The notes under the pieces were generated by a model. The model saw only the letters and a program-made list of their open reading frames with translations. It was not told the DNA's origin and did not search any database. A program made the position numbers and the translations under genes. From an uncultured Phycisphaerales bacterium (GTDB taxonomy: Bacteria; Planctomycetota; Phycisphaerae; Tepidisphaerales; Tepidisphaeraceae): a stretch of DNA of 64,000 nucleotides. Position 1 is the first letter of the stretch. Every line of letters begins with the position of its first letter. Of the stretch, positions 33,547 through 44,334 are shown one piece after another. Location of the stretch: the NCBI GenBank assembly GCA_963755915.1, contig CAVWLP010000002.1, positions 3,008,001 through 3,072,000 of the forward strand, given 5' to 3'.

Positions 33547-34767
33547 TCAAGCACCGCCAATTTCCCTGTTGCGCCGCAAGCGACGGCTTATATATTTGTA
33601 AACCAGTAGCACCAGCGCGGGCCACGCGAATCCGATGACAACCAACGCGGTCGCGAAAACGAACGCCCGGTCCAAAATTCGTTCGCTGGCATTCTGAGCC
33701 GCATAAATCGTTTGAGTCGTGTCCGCATTAATTGACGCGGCGGCGTCCCTGGCCGTCCCGATTGATTGGCGGGCGTCCAGAAACAGGCCGTGAACTTTGT
33801 TCGATTCCGAATCCACGTCCTTCATAAGCGCGACCCGCTGCTGACTCGTCGCCGCACCGAACTGATCGATGGCGATTTGCACAGCTCGGGAGAAATCGCT
33901 CGGGTACTTCGAGATGATGTCGTTGAAACGATCACCCACCCGGGCATATTCCTCCGACGTTCCGATGATTCGCTGGACTTGCGGATCGTTGAGAACTCGG
34001 TCCGTCGCTTCCTCGATCTGGATATTCATTAACTCCGGCACCCTCAGGGCGATAAACACTATTCTTTCCGAGAGCATTCGGATATTGCGCGCTTCCTGCG
34101 TCGCCGGGTCGAGGTGCGACAGCGGACCGACATTCAATATGCCGATCAAATCGCTGTATATTTTCGGCGATTGCTTCTTGGACGGTCCGGACGATTTTTC
34201 AGTGAAATCCGTAAAACGTATGAATCCGGTGTAGTAGGCTTTGGCGTTATTCGCCACTATGTCCGCGATCGCGGCGTGGAGTTCGGTGATTTGCTGTGGC
34301 GTAAAGACCCTGCCCGCCAATTCCCATACTTCGGTCTCGCTCTGCTGGTAGGCGGCCAGAAGATCTCTTCCGTCATCGTGCAGGACATTGGGAATCCAAT
34401 AATTCTCGATGCTCATGCGGGTCAGCGTTACAAGCACGACAACATTAAGAAGATTTGCCCCGGGATTTGGGCTAGAGGCGTCGGTTAACGCCGCAAGTCC
34501 CTGGCCCAACTTATGCTGTAGCGCCCAGGTTCGCTCCGCGGGATTTTTCGCGTTGAGGGCGATCTGATCGTAGTGCAGCGCCACTCGGGAAATGAAAGTA
34601 TCCGTGAAGCCGCGGACGTGCTCGTCAACTTCTTCAACGCGCTCAATGGCAGCGGTTTTCGCATCCGAATCTTTCTGAGAGGCGCATGCGGATAATAGGA
34701 ACGGGACCAACATTATCAGGCCCAAGGCTGCAATATCGCGGAGGATTTGAGATTGACGGTTTACCAT
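33547..34767 (-). CDS. Hypothetical lipoprotein with C-terminal TM helix
   Basis: LSAC lipobox, helical body, hydrophobic C-terminus. Confidence 0.75.
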   Translation of the reverse strand: MVNRQSQILRDIAALGLIMLVPFLLSACASQKDSDAKTAAIERVEEVDEHVRGFTDTFISRVALHYDQIALNAKNPAERTWALQHKLGQGLAALTDASSPNPGANLLNVVVLVTLTRMSIENYWIPNVLHDDGRDLLAAYQQSETEVWELAGRVFTPQQITELHAAIADIVANNAKAYYTGFIRFTDFTEKSSGPSKKQSPKIYSDLIGILNVGPLSHLDPATQEARNIRMLSERIVFIALRVPELMNIQIEEATDRVLNDPQVQRIIGTSEEYARVGDRFNDIISKYPSDFSRAVQIAIDQFGAATSQQRVALMKDVDSESNKVHGLFLDARQSIGTARDAAASINADTTQTIYAAQNASERILDRAFVFATALVVIGFAWPALVLLVYKYISRRLRRNREIGGA

Positions 34768-34785
34768 TCATCACTCGCGCTGATG

Positions 34786-35730
34786 TCATTTTTCCGGGAA
34801 GACAAAGGTGGCGGTAAGGCGAAGTCCCCATTCGGGCGTGCCGTGAGGTCCGCACGCGTATGCACGCGCACCGAATCCAAGGCTTACGGGATGCCCCGCC
34901 AGGGGAATGATCTGAGAGACCGCCGCATTGATAGGCACCGTCCACTCCCACGCCTTCCAGTTAAACGTCGATTCGCAATTCAGGGTCGCGGAAAAACCAT
35001 GGCCAAAGTTGTACGAGACGAAAGGCTGAAGAAACGTGTTGGAGACATCCGGGTTGCCGGCGATCGTGTTAAAGGAAATGTCTCTGCCGATCGACCAGAT
35101 GTGGTCGAAGAGGATGCCGTAAGTCCACGGACCTTGCTGCCTAAGAAGGAGCGCTGTCGGACCGAGGCCCCAGCGATGGGCTCCGAGAAATGCGGCGGTA
35201 GAGGTCGGCAGCAGAAAAACCGGTCCAACTCCCCAAATCAAACCACCCGGACCTGGATTTGCGGGGGAAAAGAAGAAGCTCGAGTCCGTATCGCCGAGCC
35301 CAAACTGGTCAGAATTGTTGAACATCTTGTTTTGATAGATTACAGGTAGAATCGTTCGAGTGATCAAATTCCAGTTATCGGAGAGTTTGACGGGAATGAC
35401 GGGTTGAATGTTGAGCGTATATCGAAACCCTTCGTGATTGAATCCGCCGCCAAAATCGAAGTTGCTCTGAAGCGGAAACGAGATCAATGAAGCGACCGGA
35501 TTCGCCAATTGCGTCGCCAACTGGTTGACATCCGGGCCGGCGTTTTGTTGGGTGGCCGCGATGTCCATCAGGAGGCGCGGCGCGAAATTGGGGGCATTCG
35601 AGTCGACGCTCGGTAGCGCCGCATCGAAGTTGATATCACCCGCTCCATCCCCGGCCGACACGCCTGCGGCTGGGATGGCAAAGAACACGAGTGAGAAGGC
35701 AAAAAGGTTAAGTCTAAGATTTATGCGCAT
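34786..35730 (-). CDS. Putative outer-membrane beta-barrel (family often annotated neuromedin U / transporter)
   Basis: LATQLANPVASLIS, NIQPVIP, WGVGPVFLLPT, WGLRLTATFVFP. Confidence 0.8.
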   Translation of the reverse strand: MRINLRLNLFAFSLVFFAIPAAGVSAGDGAGDINFDAALPSVDSNAPNFAPRLLMDIAATQQNAGPDVNQLATQLANPVASLISFPLQSNFDFGGGFNHEGFRYTLNIQPVIPVKLSDNWNLITRTILPVIYQNKMFNNSDQFGLGDTDSSFFFSPANPGPGGLIWGVGPVFLLPTSTAAFLGAHRWGLGPTALLLRQQGPWTYGILFDHIWSIGRDISFNTIAGNPDVSNTFLQPFVSYNFGHGFSATLNCESTFNWKAWEWTVPINAAVSQIIPLAGHPVSLGFGARAYACGPHGTPEWGLRLTATFVFPEK

Positions 35731-35754
35731 TGGTTCGCCGCTTTCTACAGGTTG

Positions 35755-36690
35755 TTACTCCCGCCCTGGAAGTAGGTATTCGAGCGTAAACCGGAACGTC
35801 CAAGCCGATGCGCCCGATGCATTGACGAAGTTGTATTCCGATTCCGCGCTGAGTTTCAGACGCTGGCCAAACAACTCGAAGTTTTTGCCGAGTGAAAGTC
35901 CGAGGGGAATGTTGGTTGACCGTCCTTTGATCCAGTCGTATGTGAAATTCATCTGGGACGTACCGATGCTCCAGCCGCGCCGCAGCGAATAGTTGATGAT
36001 CGGTTGCAGCTTGATTTTCGCCACGCTTGGGCTGGACGAATCGCCGGCGAAAGAAAAGTAGCTCAGACTGAGAATACCCAAACGCCAGTTGCCCGTTCCG
36101 GTATTGAGTCCAATGGCCGGACCGATGGTCCACTTTCCTCCACCAACTTCTGAGCGGGTTCCCGTCGGTAAGAGCAGTACCGGGCCGAGGTCGAAATCGC
36201 CCCAGGATGTTGGCAGTTCAGCCAGGTCGTAAAACTCCATGTCTCCGAATCCACTTGGACCTGTCGGATCGTCGGTAATCGCGCTCTCGGTCAAAGTTCC
36301 AGCCGAGGACGTTGTGAAGGGAATCGTCAGCCGAGTCATTTGCGGAATATTCGCGACGCTCCACGGGACATACGTTCGGAAGACAACCTGATTGCCCGGA
36401 ACGTTATTCGGTGCGTAATAACTGGGAGAAAACCAATCGGCGATCGTGATTCGAATCGGTGGAAGGTGGGCGGGATGTTCGCTCTGATCATGCGGCTGCG
36501 CGAGGAGCGTACCACTCCGACTCGCTACGGTGCGCCCGGACGCATCATCGGTTTTCGTTGATGTTGGGAGGGGAGCCATAAAATTATCATCCTGCGACGC
36601 ACATCCACACATTGCGATCATCAGCACGGACGCAAGCAGACACCTTTGAAATTGCGGCTTCTTCACGGCTGTTCCCGGTACATGACCCAT
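35755..36690 (-). CDS. Paralogous outer-membrane beta-barrel, lipoprotein-like N-terminus
   Basis: GPVLLLPTGT...GKWTIGP, QPIINY, WTFRFTLEYLLP. Confidence 0.75.
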   Translation of the reverse strand: MGHVPGTAVKKPQFQRCLLASVLMIAMCGCASQDDNFMAPLPTSTKTDDASGRTVASRSGTLLAQPHDQSEHPAHLPPIRITIADWFSPSYYAPNNVPGNQVVFRTYVPWSVANIPQMTRLTIPFTTSSAGTLTESAITDDPTGPSGFGDMEFYDLAELPTSWGDFDLGPVLLLPTGTRSEVGGGKWTIGPAIGLNTGTGNWRLGILSLSYFSFAGDSSSPSVAKIKLQPIINYSLRRGWSIGTSQMNFTYDWIKGRSTNIPLGLSLGKNFELFGQRLKLSAESEYNFVNASGASAWTFRFTLEYLLPGRE

Positions 36691-36694
36691 GCGT

Positions 36695-37184
36695 TCATTG
36701 AGCCGGTTTCCACCGGGAATCGGGATTGAAAGCGGTCATGGATTGGGCGGTTGCGGCAGTGTTCGCGCCGAGGTCCTTCTGATAGACGACCCCGTCTTGA
36801 TTGACGGCAAAAGTCATGATTCCGGAATTGCCGTAATGTCCAGAACCTCAACGAAGTTGACCAGCGACTTCACGCTGGGATCCCACTGCTGCTTTTTCCA
36901 GTTCTATTGCCAATTCGTCTCCCTTCAAGTTGGATTTCTGCTTGATCCATTGATCCGCCTCGGCAATTTCTACGGGGTAAGCCGATGCCATGAGAACTTG
37001 CGTAAGCAGAGTGTCGGGATAGAGGGCCACGGGTGAAAGCATCTGATCGAACTCCTCTTGCTTGAACGGAGGCGCTGCTGACTGCGCCGCGGGTGCAGGG
37101 GTGGTTGCATCCGAAGCCGCAGAGCTACCCGTGGAGGAAGAGCAACCCGCCAACAAGACAAGAAGAATAAGACCAAAATCGCAT
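36695..37184 (-). pseudogene. DUF3300 N-terminus joined to DUF2950 C-terminus (deletion scar)
   Basis: FDQMLSPVALYPDTLLTQVLMASAYP...WDPSVKSLVNF, then in another frame YGNSGIMTFAVNQDGVVYQKDLG...FNPDSRW. Confidence 0.75.
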
Positions 37185-37186
37185 GA

Positions 37187-37588
37187 CTATTCCTTGAGCA
37201 CGAAGATAGCTTGATTAATAGCGGTATTCGGATTGTGGCGGACGGGGACCGTGTAAATAGTCCCGTGGTATCCCGCCGCCACATAAACATCGCCGCCCAG
37301 CGTCTTGGGATCGACTAACAGGCCGTTCGCGCCGTACGATGCCGCCGCCTCCTTCATCCGATCGAATGCCGCGTCGGCATTGCCGTAGGCGTCCCACTGC
37401 AAGTCGGGCGTTATGACCAGGCCGAGTGTAGCGAGAATTTCGTATTTCGCCGGAGGATTTTGGTAGATCTTCACCTGGTCCGGCGAGGTGGGCATATGTA
37501 CCCCGGTCGTCGGCACGACATGATTGCTCGAGCAGCTCGCCAGAATCAACAGGCAAGCCGCGCCGACCGAAACGAAAATTGACTTCAT
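37187..37588 (-). CDS. Small lipoprotein
   Basis: GGAG RBS, LASC lipobox, MKEAAASYGANGLL. Confidence 0.75.
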   Translation of the reverse strand: MKSIFVSVGAACLLILASCSSNHVVPTTGVHMPTSPDQVKIYQNPPAKYEILATLGLVITPDLQWDAYGNADAAFDRMKEAAASYGANGLLVDPKTLGGDVYVAAGYHGTIYTVPVRHNPNTAINQAIFVLKE

Positions 37589-37853
37589 CGCATCTCCTTT
37601 GGTTAAAAGGTTCGCATCCACTATGTCGCTGGCTCCTCACGGGAAAAACATTCGATGGCTTCCTCGAAGAGATCGAACGCACGAACATGCCAACCGCGTA
37701 TTTCCGCGAACGTCGCGAACAATTCGGCTTTTCTCGCCGTCCCGGTAACGATGCAGAATCGCCAGATGATGTTTCTCGCGAAAACCCATTTCGTGAAACG
37801 CGCGGGCTAGGTCGTGCAATCAAAGACGCGCGAGTTCGGTGCGAAATCCGTAC

Positions 37854-40140
37854 TTAGTGACGGCCTTTCAATCCGCCACCGTGTGAATGGAATCTGCTCG
37901 AGCCTCCAGCGTTCTGGAAGCGTTGCTCGCCGAGATCGCGTGAGGATCGTTGCGAATCCAAATTCTGCTGCTGGGAAAATGACTGGTTGCCGGATCGATC
38001 CGCTGATTGCCAGCCACCGGCTGTGCGCTGCTGCCAGCCGTCGTTGGTATGACGGTATACGTTTCCGTCGTGGCCGGCATAGACATCGCCGTCATGGTAC
38101 CCAACACCATTACCGGTGTTTGTGTTGTATTTGAAGCCCGATCTTTCGGCGACACCGCTGCCGTTGTAGATGTTGCCGGCGGCCTGAGCGCTATGCCCGC
38201 TGATAACACCCGTATTGGGATTGTAGGTTGCGCCGCCGGCCCTCACATCAAAGTTGCCGTTGGAGCGATCGAGATAGTTTGAATATCCGCCGACGGAGGA
38301 GCGGCCAGTGTACGGATTGAATGATGCCGCGGCAGCCTTGTAATTCGAGCGGCCGGTCCAGGGATCATAATCGTAATGACGACTGACGCTGGTAACCCCA
38401 CCGTGCCAGTTCGCGTAAACGCTATGGGAATTGAGATCGACGCTGGCGAAACCGTGACATGGGCCCCAATACGGACGAGACCAGCAATCGCCGATGATCG
38501 CGCCCGCCGCAAATCCAAATGCAAATCCCGTTGCCGCGCCGCATGCGAACCCCGCACCGTACCCGTATGTTGGCGGATATCCGACCCATACCTGGCCCAC
38601 ATACGCCGGGTAGTAATACCCCGTCCCATAGACGACGACGCCATCGGGCGAAATGCATGTCCCCATGTAGCCCGGCGTATAGCCGACGTAAACTACCTCG
38701 TTCGTGTAACCATAGATGCGAACGTATGTCACGTAATGAATCGGACTGCTGACTGGAATCGTGTAGATGATCGGCGGCACGACGGTCGCGACGGCCCACG
38801 TCCCCAGCGGCGACGCAGAATAGAACCAGATGCCGTTGTTTACACAGTAATAGGTCTTTGTCGCCTCGACGAACACGACCGGACTTACGGCATTAACCGC
38901 GTATTTCAATCCTTTGTCGTTGTCGATGTCCTCGAACTTCGGTGTGCCATCGTAACTGACCGTCAAATTGGCCTGGGAGATATTCACAGTAGCCGTTTGC
39001 GGAATCGAATTGGCAATGACAGCCTCGTTCGCCTGCGGGGTGCCGGGCACCGAAACAAGCACATTGGCTTTGGCGCTATCCGGTGGAATCTCGGCAAAAT
39101 CCGCCGGCAACGCATTGCCGGGCACAAATTTCCAGGGGCCATTCAGCGAACCTGACTTGAACCAACGCCCCGAAACCAATACATAAAAATCGCATGTTCC
39201 GAGCATTTCGAAGACCGCGTTCTCGCTGTTCTTCATGTCAAGCAGGTTAGTCCCGAAGATCGGAGCATATTCCGGCTCACCCCGCGATTGGATCAGTTCG
39301 GCAGGTTTGTCGGAGGTGTAAATGACGGGCAGCCCCAGAGGCGCGCCATCAGGATTGCCCGGCACAAGAAGATCGACCGCCCCGGCCTTTGCGAGGGAAT
39401 CTTTCAGTGCATCAAATCCATCCGGCGCGTGGGGTACTATAACCCATGGTCCCAGAGGAGAATCGCCGCTCACCCAGCAGTCCATCAGAAATAGGTAATA
39501 CTTCTTTGAGGTTTGATCGAGCAGAATAAGCTGTCGTGTATTGACGACGCGCATCACATGCGCCTGCGCGGTAGCCCGCAACACGGGATCGCCATCGATC
39601 AGGATCAAAATGGATGGCCGCGTGTCGAAGATGATGCGCGGAACATCGTTTTTTACATCCATGGCTGCGGTTTTCCTGCCTGCCTGTGTGATTTCGAGAT
39701 TGGCCTCGAGATGGTCCAGCGGCACGTCCGTTGCCGTATCCGGAACCGCTTGATTGATTTGGGTCAAATATTGCGGCTCGTTTACGCGGTCCTGCGGAAC
39801 CGACACCTTGTTTATCGTGATGTTTTCCAGCGTTACTATGCGCGACTTTATCCACATCCGTGCGGGCACTGATCCAAATCACGCCATATTCGGGGCTGGT
39901 CGCGGCTTTGGGTGTAATTGACACCGCCGCCTGAGCCGCCAGTTGATTTCCGTCCCAGGTCTCAATCTGGGGCTGATAGATCAAAAGAGTCGCGTCCTTC
40001 AGCTCGTGTTTGCGAGGCCAGGTGAGGTTAGCTCCACTTTCCGTGCTGTTATCCTGTGCGCACGCCGCTGGGATCGACATAAACATCGTCAAGAAGAGCA
40101 ATCTGGCCAAGAGCTTGAACATAAAGGTTCTCCGGGGCAC
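37854..40140 (-). CDS. Large secreted protein with Gly/Tyr-rich C-terminus (frameshift near 39840)
   Basis: Signal peptide, WPR...IYQPQIETWDG, YVLVSGRWF, VVYGTGYYYP, YAGHDGNVYR. Confidence 0.8.
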
Positions 40141-40177
40141 TCAGCCAATACGACCAACTCGACACCACGCGGCTTCC

Positions 40178-40588
40178 TCATCCCGGTCGCGATGGTGATC
40201 GGAGCATCGCCGAGACGTATTGCTCACCTCGCTGTGCCCCGTAGACAGCAGGCAACAATTCATCGCCCGCGGTCGGCTTGAGCACATAGCCCATCGCTCC
40301 GATTTCCATGGCGCGCCGCATCAGCTCAGGCTCTCGATGGACGGTCACGAATACAATTCGCGCGGTTGATTCCGATTTGAGAATCCATTGCGCCGCGGCT
40401 ATGCCATCCATGCCGGGCATCGCGATGTCCGCCACGATGACGTCCGGCTTAAGCACGAGCGAGGCCCCGATCATTCCGTATCCGTCGGTCACCCTTGCAA
40501 CAACGTCCATTTCCGACTCGAGTAGGGCCTGCAATTGCTTTGCAACTACATCGTGATCTTCGACGAGGATCACTCGAATGCGATTCAT
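40178..40588 (-). CDS. Single-domain response regulator
   Basis: VILVEDH, PDVIVADIAMPGMDG, GYVLK. Confidence 0.88.
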   Translation of the reverse strand: MNRIRVILVEDHDVVAKQLQALLESEMDVVARVTDGYGMIGASLVLKPDVIVADIAMPGMDGIAAAQWILKSESTARIVFVTVHREPELMRRAMEIGAMGYVLKPTAGDELLPAVYGAQRGEQYVSAMLRSPSRPG

Positions 40589-41507
40589 GCCCTGCTCCAA
40601 TCCGCCGATCCGCGACAAATCGCCTCGAAATCGGGCGGGGTAGGCCGAAACGAGTCGAAACGATCAGACGAGACTGAATCCTCATCAATCGAGACCTGCT
40701 GAATAATAATTTAGAATCCAAAGGACGCGCAAGAGAGAGGAAATGACCGGATTCCGGGGTCCGAATTTTTGCGGAGGGATACGGCTCCAATCCAAACTGA
40801 ACACTGCACCCAAAGCGAATCTCAGGCGTTGGTCCACTGATCTTCCACGAGGTTGTGGCGGAAGGCGTATTGGACGAGCTCCGCGGTGGTCACGACGCCT
40901 AACGTCTCCATCATATCGTACTTATGCGTTTCCACAGTCCGCCGCGATAGATTGAGCGACGCTGCCACTTCCTTCATGGTCAGGCCTTTCACGACGAGCT
41001 GAAGCACTTCCCGTTGCCGTGGTGTAATGGATTCGATCGGACTGTCCTTACCCGATCGCAGAGCGGAAAGAACGCTTCGCGCGATCTTGGATGAGATGTA
41101 AATATTCCCGCTCAGCACCTGCGTTACCGCAGCCAGAAGCTCTTCACCGGCAGAGTCCTTCAGAACGTATCCGGAGGCTCCGGCCAGGATCGCCTCGCGG
41201 GCAAGCATTGGATCATCATGCATCGTCAGGAAAATCATTTTGACGCGATGGCCCTCGCTGCAAAGTTGCCGCAGCGCCTGAATGCCGCTCATTTTCGGCA
41301 TGCCGAGGTCGGCAATAATCACGTCCGGCTTATGTTTGCGGACGTGTTCGATTAGTTGCAGCCCGTCGGCAACAATCCCCTCAACTGTCACGGGGCGCAC
41401 CAAAACCAGCCAGGGCGGGGCGCTTCAAAACCGGCCAATGTGCTGACGTATTCTATACCGCATCCGTTCTATCCGACGCAACTGTTCCTTGAGTTATTGG
41501 TCCCCGT

Positions 41508-42398
41508 TCACGCCGTCTGGCCGGCGGATACCCCCACATCAGAAGACAACGGCGGCTCTGTCACGGTGTCTTCCGGGGGGGAGCACCCTTCATCGCCGGC
41601 GGTACTCCGCCGTCCTTTTGGATTTGTCTTTTCCGGTGTCCCGGATTGGCCTGCCGTGAGCGAAGTCGAATGGCCCCCATGCCGAAGGCGGTAGCTCTTG
41701 CCGGTGATGTTGATGATCGTGGCGTGCTGCAGGAACCGATCCAGAATGGCCGTGGCCGCCGGCACGTCGCCGATCAGCTTGGCCCAGTCCTCCAGTGGAC
41801 GGTTGCTGGTCATCATCGTCGAGCGGTTCTCGTGCCGGCGCATGACGATCTCCAGCAGGCATTCGCCGCTGCGCCGCGGAAGCTGCTTCATTCCCATGTC
41901 GTCGATGATAAGCAGATCAGGCTTGAGATACCGGGCCAGCGTCTTGTCCTGGGCTCCCAGATCCTCGTCGCCTAAAAAGTCGCGGGCCAGGTCGAAGATG
42001 GATCGGTACAGGACCACCAAGCCGCTCTTGATCGCCTGGTGTCCGATGGCCTGGGCCAAAAACGATTTGCCCACGCCGGGCGGACCCAGCAAGAGCACGT
42101 CACGTTTGTCACGAATGAACTGGCCGGCGGCCAGATCGTGAATCTGTTTGCGTTTGATGGAGGTGTTGAAGGAGAAGTCGAACTCGTCGAGGTTTTTGGT
42201 GTCGCGGAACATCGCCGCCTTGACGCGCCGGCCGATCTGCCGGCTGGATCGGACGTTCAGTTCATCCTGAAGGATCAGTTCCAAAAACTCACTGTGGTCG
42301 AGCCGATTGCCGGCCGCCTCGCTCAGGCGAACTTCAAGGCTGCTCGCCAGACCTGAAAGCCGAAGTTGCTTGAGCGTCTGCATCAACGAAGGTCTCAT
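41508..42398 (-). CDS. istB: IS21 helper ATPase IstB
   Basis: GPPGVGKS, LLIIDDMG, TSNRP..W, AILDRFLQH, GKSYR. Confidence 0.95.
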   Translation of the reverse strand: MRPSLMQTLKQLRLSGLASSLEVRLSEAAGNRLDHSEFLELILQDELNVRSSRQIGRRVKAAMFRDTKNLDEFDFSFNTSIKRKQIHDLAAGQFIRDKRDVLLLGPPGVGKSFLAQAIGHQAIKSGLVVLYRSIFDLARDFLGDEDLGAQDKTLARYLKPDLLIIDDMGMKQLPRRSGECLLEIVMRRHENRSTMMTSNRPLEDWAKLIGDVPAATAILDRFLQHATIINITGKSYRLRHGGHSTSLTAGQSGTPEKTNPKGRRSTAGDEGCSPPEDTVTEPPLSSDVGVSAGQTA

Positions 42399-44122
42399 GG
42401 GGTGGACTCCCTTCGGCTCTGCTCAGGGCAGGCCTGTAAAGGTTGTGCGGCAGGCAAAGCCTCCGCTTGGGTGATTGCGTCGCGTACGAACTGTCCGTAA
42501 TCGGCCAGTCCGCGGATGATTGGATGTTCCTGAACAAACTCGAAGTGTTGTTGAACCGGTGCGCCGTTTTGGTGTTCGATGAGCTGCCGCAGGGAGCGCA
42601 GGTGATACGCGCCATGCCCCAGAGCAATCTCGCAGGCTCGTTCCACGGCCGGTCGCGGCTGCTGATTGGCCAGCGACAGCAGCCCCATCAACACGCGCAC
42701 GCCTTCGATGCCGCGATGCTGAAGCATTGACTGCGCCCACTGCGTGGCGTGCGGCCCGATGCATTCGATCCGCTGGAGAAGCCAGGTCGTTCCACGCTCG
42801 ATGCCGCTGATCTTCTCCGGCAGGATATGGGCGTCTTGCGTCGAGAACCTGCCCGGCGGACGCTGCGCGTGCAGAGCGATCGCACGCATCTTCTGATCGA
42901 ACAGCCGGACCGTGCGCCGTCCCACCGCGCCCAGACCCGCTGGCCCAAAAACTCCGGCGGGACCGAATAGTACGCCCCCTTGATCTCCACGTGCCCGTCG
43001 CGGTGAACACTGCGCAACGCCTCGGTGAAAAGATCGAATCGCACCGGCGGCAGAGCCAACAGTGCCGGCTTCTCTACCTGCTCGAAGACTTCCTTCACCT
43101 GCCGCCGCGTCGTGCCGTGGATGCGCGTGTCGGCCACGCTCTTCTCCCACGTCAGCAGATGCGCGTTCTGATCCGAGAGCGAGGCGAATTGCCGGCCTTT
43201 GAGAGCATTGCTCTTCACATAGCCGATGCCCCGCTCGATCTTCCCCTTGTGCCGCGGCGTGTACGGCTTGGTGGGCAGAATGGCGATTCCATAATGTTCG
43301 GCGAACGACCGGACCTTGGGACACAACTCCGCCTCGAACCAGTCCGCCCGCGTCACCGCCGCGCGAAGATTGTCGATCACCAGCGCTGACGGCATCCCGC
43401 CGAAGTGCGTAAAGGCATTTTCCAGACAACGCAGAAAATCATCGGTCGTCTGCCGCTCCACCGCCTCGGCGTACCCCTTGCGGCTGTGGCTCAGCACAAT
43501 GCGGAAGACCCAGGTTGCTTTGCGTTTGCCGTCAGGACCGACCAGGGCGCACCCCGGCCGAAGTCCACCTGCGCCTCGGCTCCCGGCTCGCATTCCATCC
43601 GGCGAAAGGGCGCCGGCGCGGCAGCCGAGAGCTTCTTGATGAACCGGCGCACGCTGTAATAGCTGCCGGCATAGCCGTGATCGCTGGAGATGTCTTGATA
43701 AATCCGCTGGGCCGTCAGCCCGGCTTCCAACTTCTGAACAATGACCTCACGCCAGGGCGATGCCGTACTGACCGACCCGATGGGCGCGCCGGATAACCCG
43801 GTGGCGCGCTCTCCGAGCCGCCTGCGGCGAGCACCGTCGAGCCGCCTGCGGCGAGCACCGTCGAGCCGCCTGCGGCGAGCACCGTCGAGCCGCCTGCGGC
43901 GAGCACCGTCGAGCCGCCTGCGGCGAGCACCGTCGAGCCGAGGGCGCGCTGGCCGGTTTTGAATCCGATCCGGGCGCCGCAGGATCGCCGCCCGACAACC
44001 GGATGTGGCGTCCAACGGTCTCCCGGTGAACGCCGAGTTGGCGGGCGATGTTCCGATTGGACCAGCCGCTGCGCAAGTGCCAAAATTGCTTGTACTTCCG
44101 CCATCTTGAGTTGATTGGCCAT
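42395..44122 (-). CDS. istA: IS21 transposase IstA (frameshifts)
   Basis: MANQLKM...SNRNIARQLGVHRETV HTH, PGAEAQVDFG, LSHSRK, DNLRAAV, KGKIER, YSVP. Confidence 0.92.
43814..43940. repeat. 24-bp tandem repeat, 5.3 identical copies, within istA
   Basis: Unit CGAGCCGCCTGCGGCGAGCACCGT at 43814, 43838, 43862, 43886, 43910 plus a partial copy. Confidence 0.95.
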
Positions 44123-44334
44123 CCCACCATTGGCTTGCGGCAACCGCCGAAAGCCAAGGTCGATAACCCAATCTCCTGTGCCTCAAAATGGCCGGTTTTG
44201 GCGCGCCCTCAATTGGCCGGTTTGTGCACCCCATGACACTCAACCTCGAACAATTTCTCGAGATAGCTGGAAAGCGCCTGCGCAACCATCAGATGGTCGT
44301 CCGCCAGAAGGATTTTGAATTTATGCATAGGACC

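Larger units (their letters stand above)
41386..44238 (-). mobile_element. IS21-family insertion sequence, 2853 bp
   Basis: Ends TGTCACGGGGCGCAC / GTGCACCCCATGACA with internal AAACC(A/G)GCCA repeats; 6-bp target duplication CTCAAC at 41380-41385 and 44239-44244. Confidence 0.96.
40822..44328 (-). pseudogene. NarL/LuxR-family response regulator interrupted by IS21
   Basis: N-terminus MHKFKILLADDHLMVAQALSSYLEKLFEVE at 44328-44239; continuation VEGIVADG...ITPRQREVLQ...TVETHK at 41385-40822. Confidence 0.92.

Noticed and set aside
39848-39856. DnaA box TTATCCACA as an oriC marker
   Set aside because: It is a single copy inside a coding region of the island.
43814-43940. CRISPR array
   Set aside because: The units are head-to-tail with no spacers, lie inside istA, and no cas genes are present.
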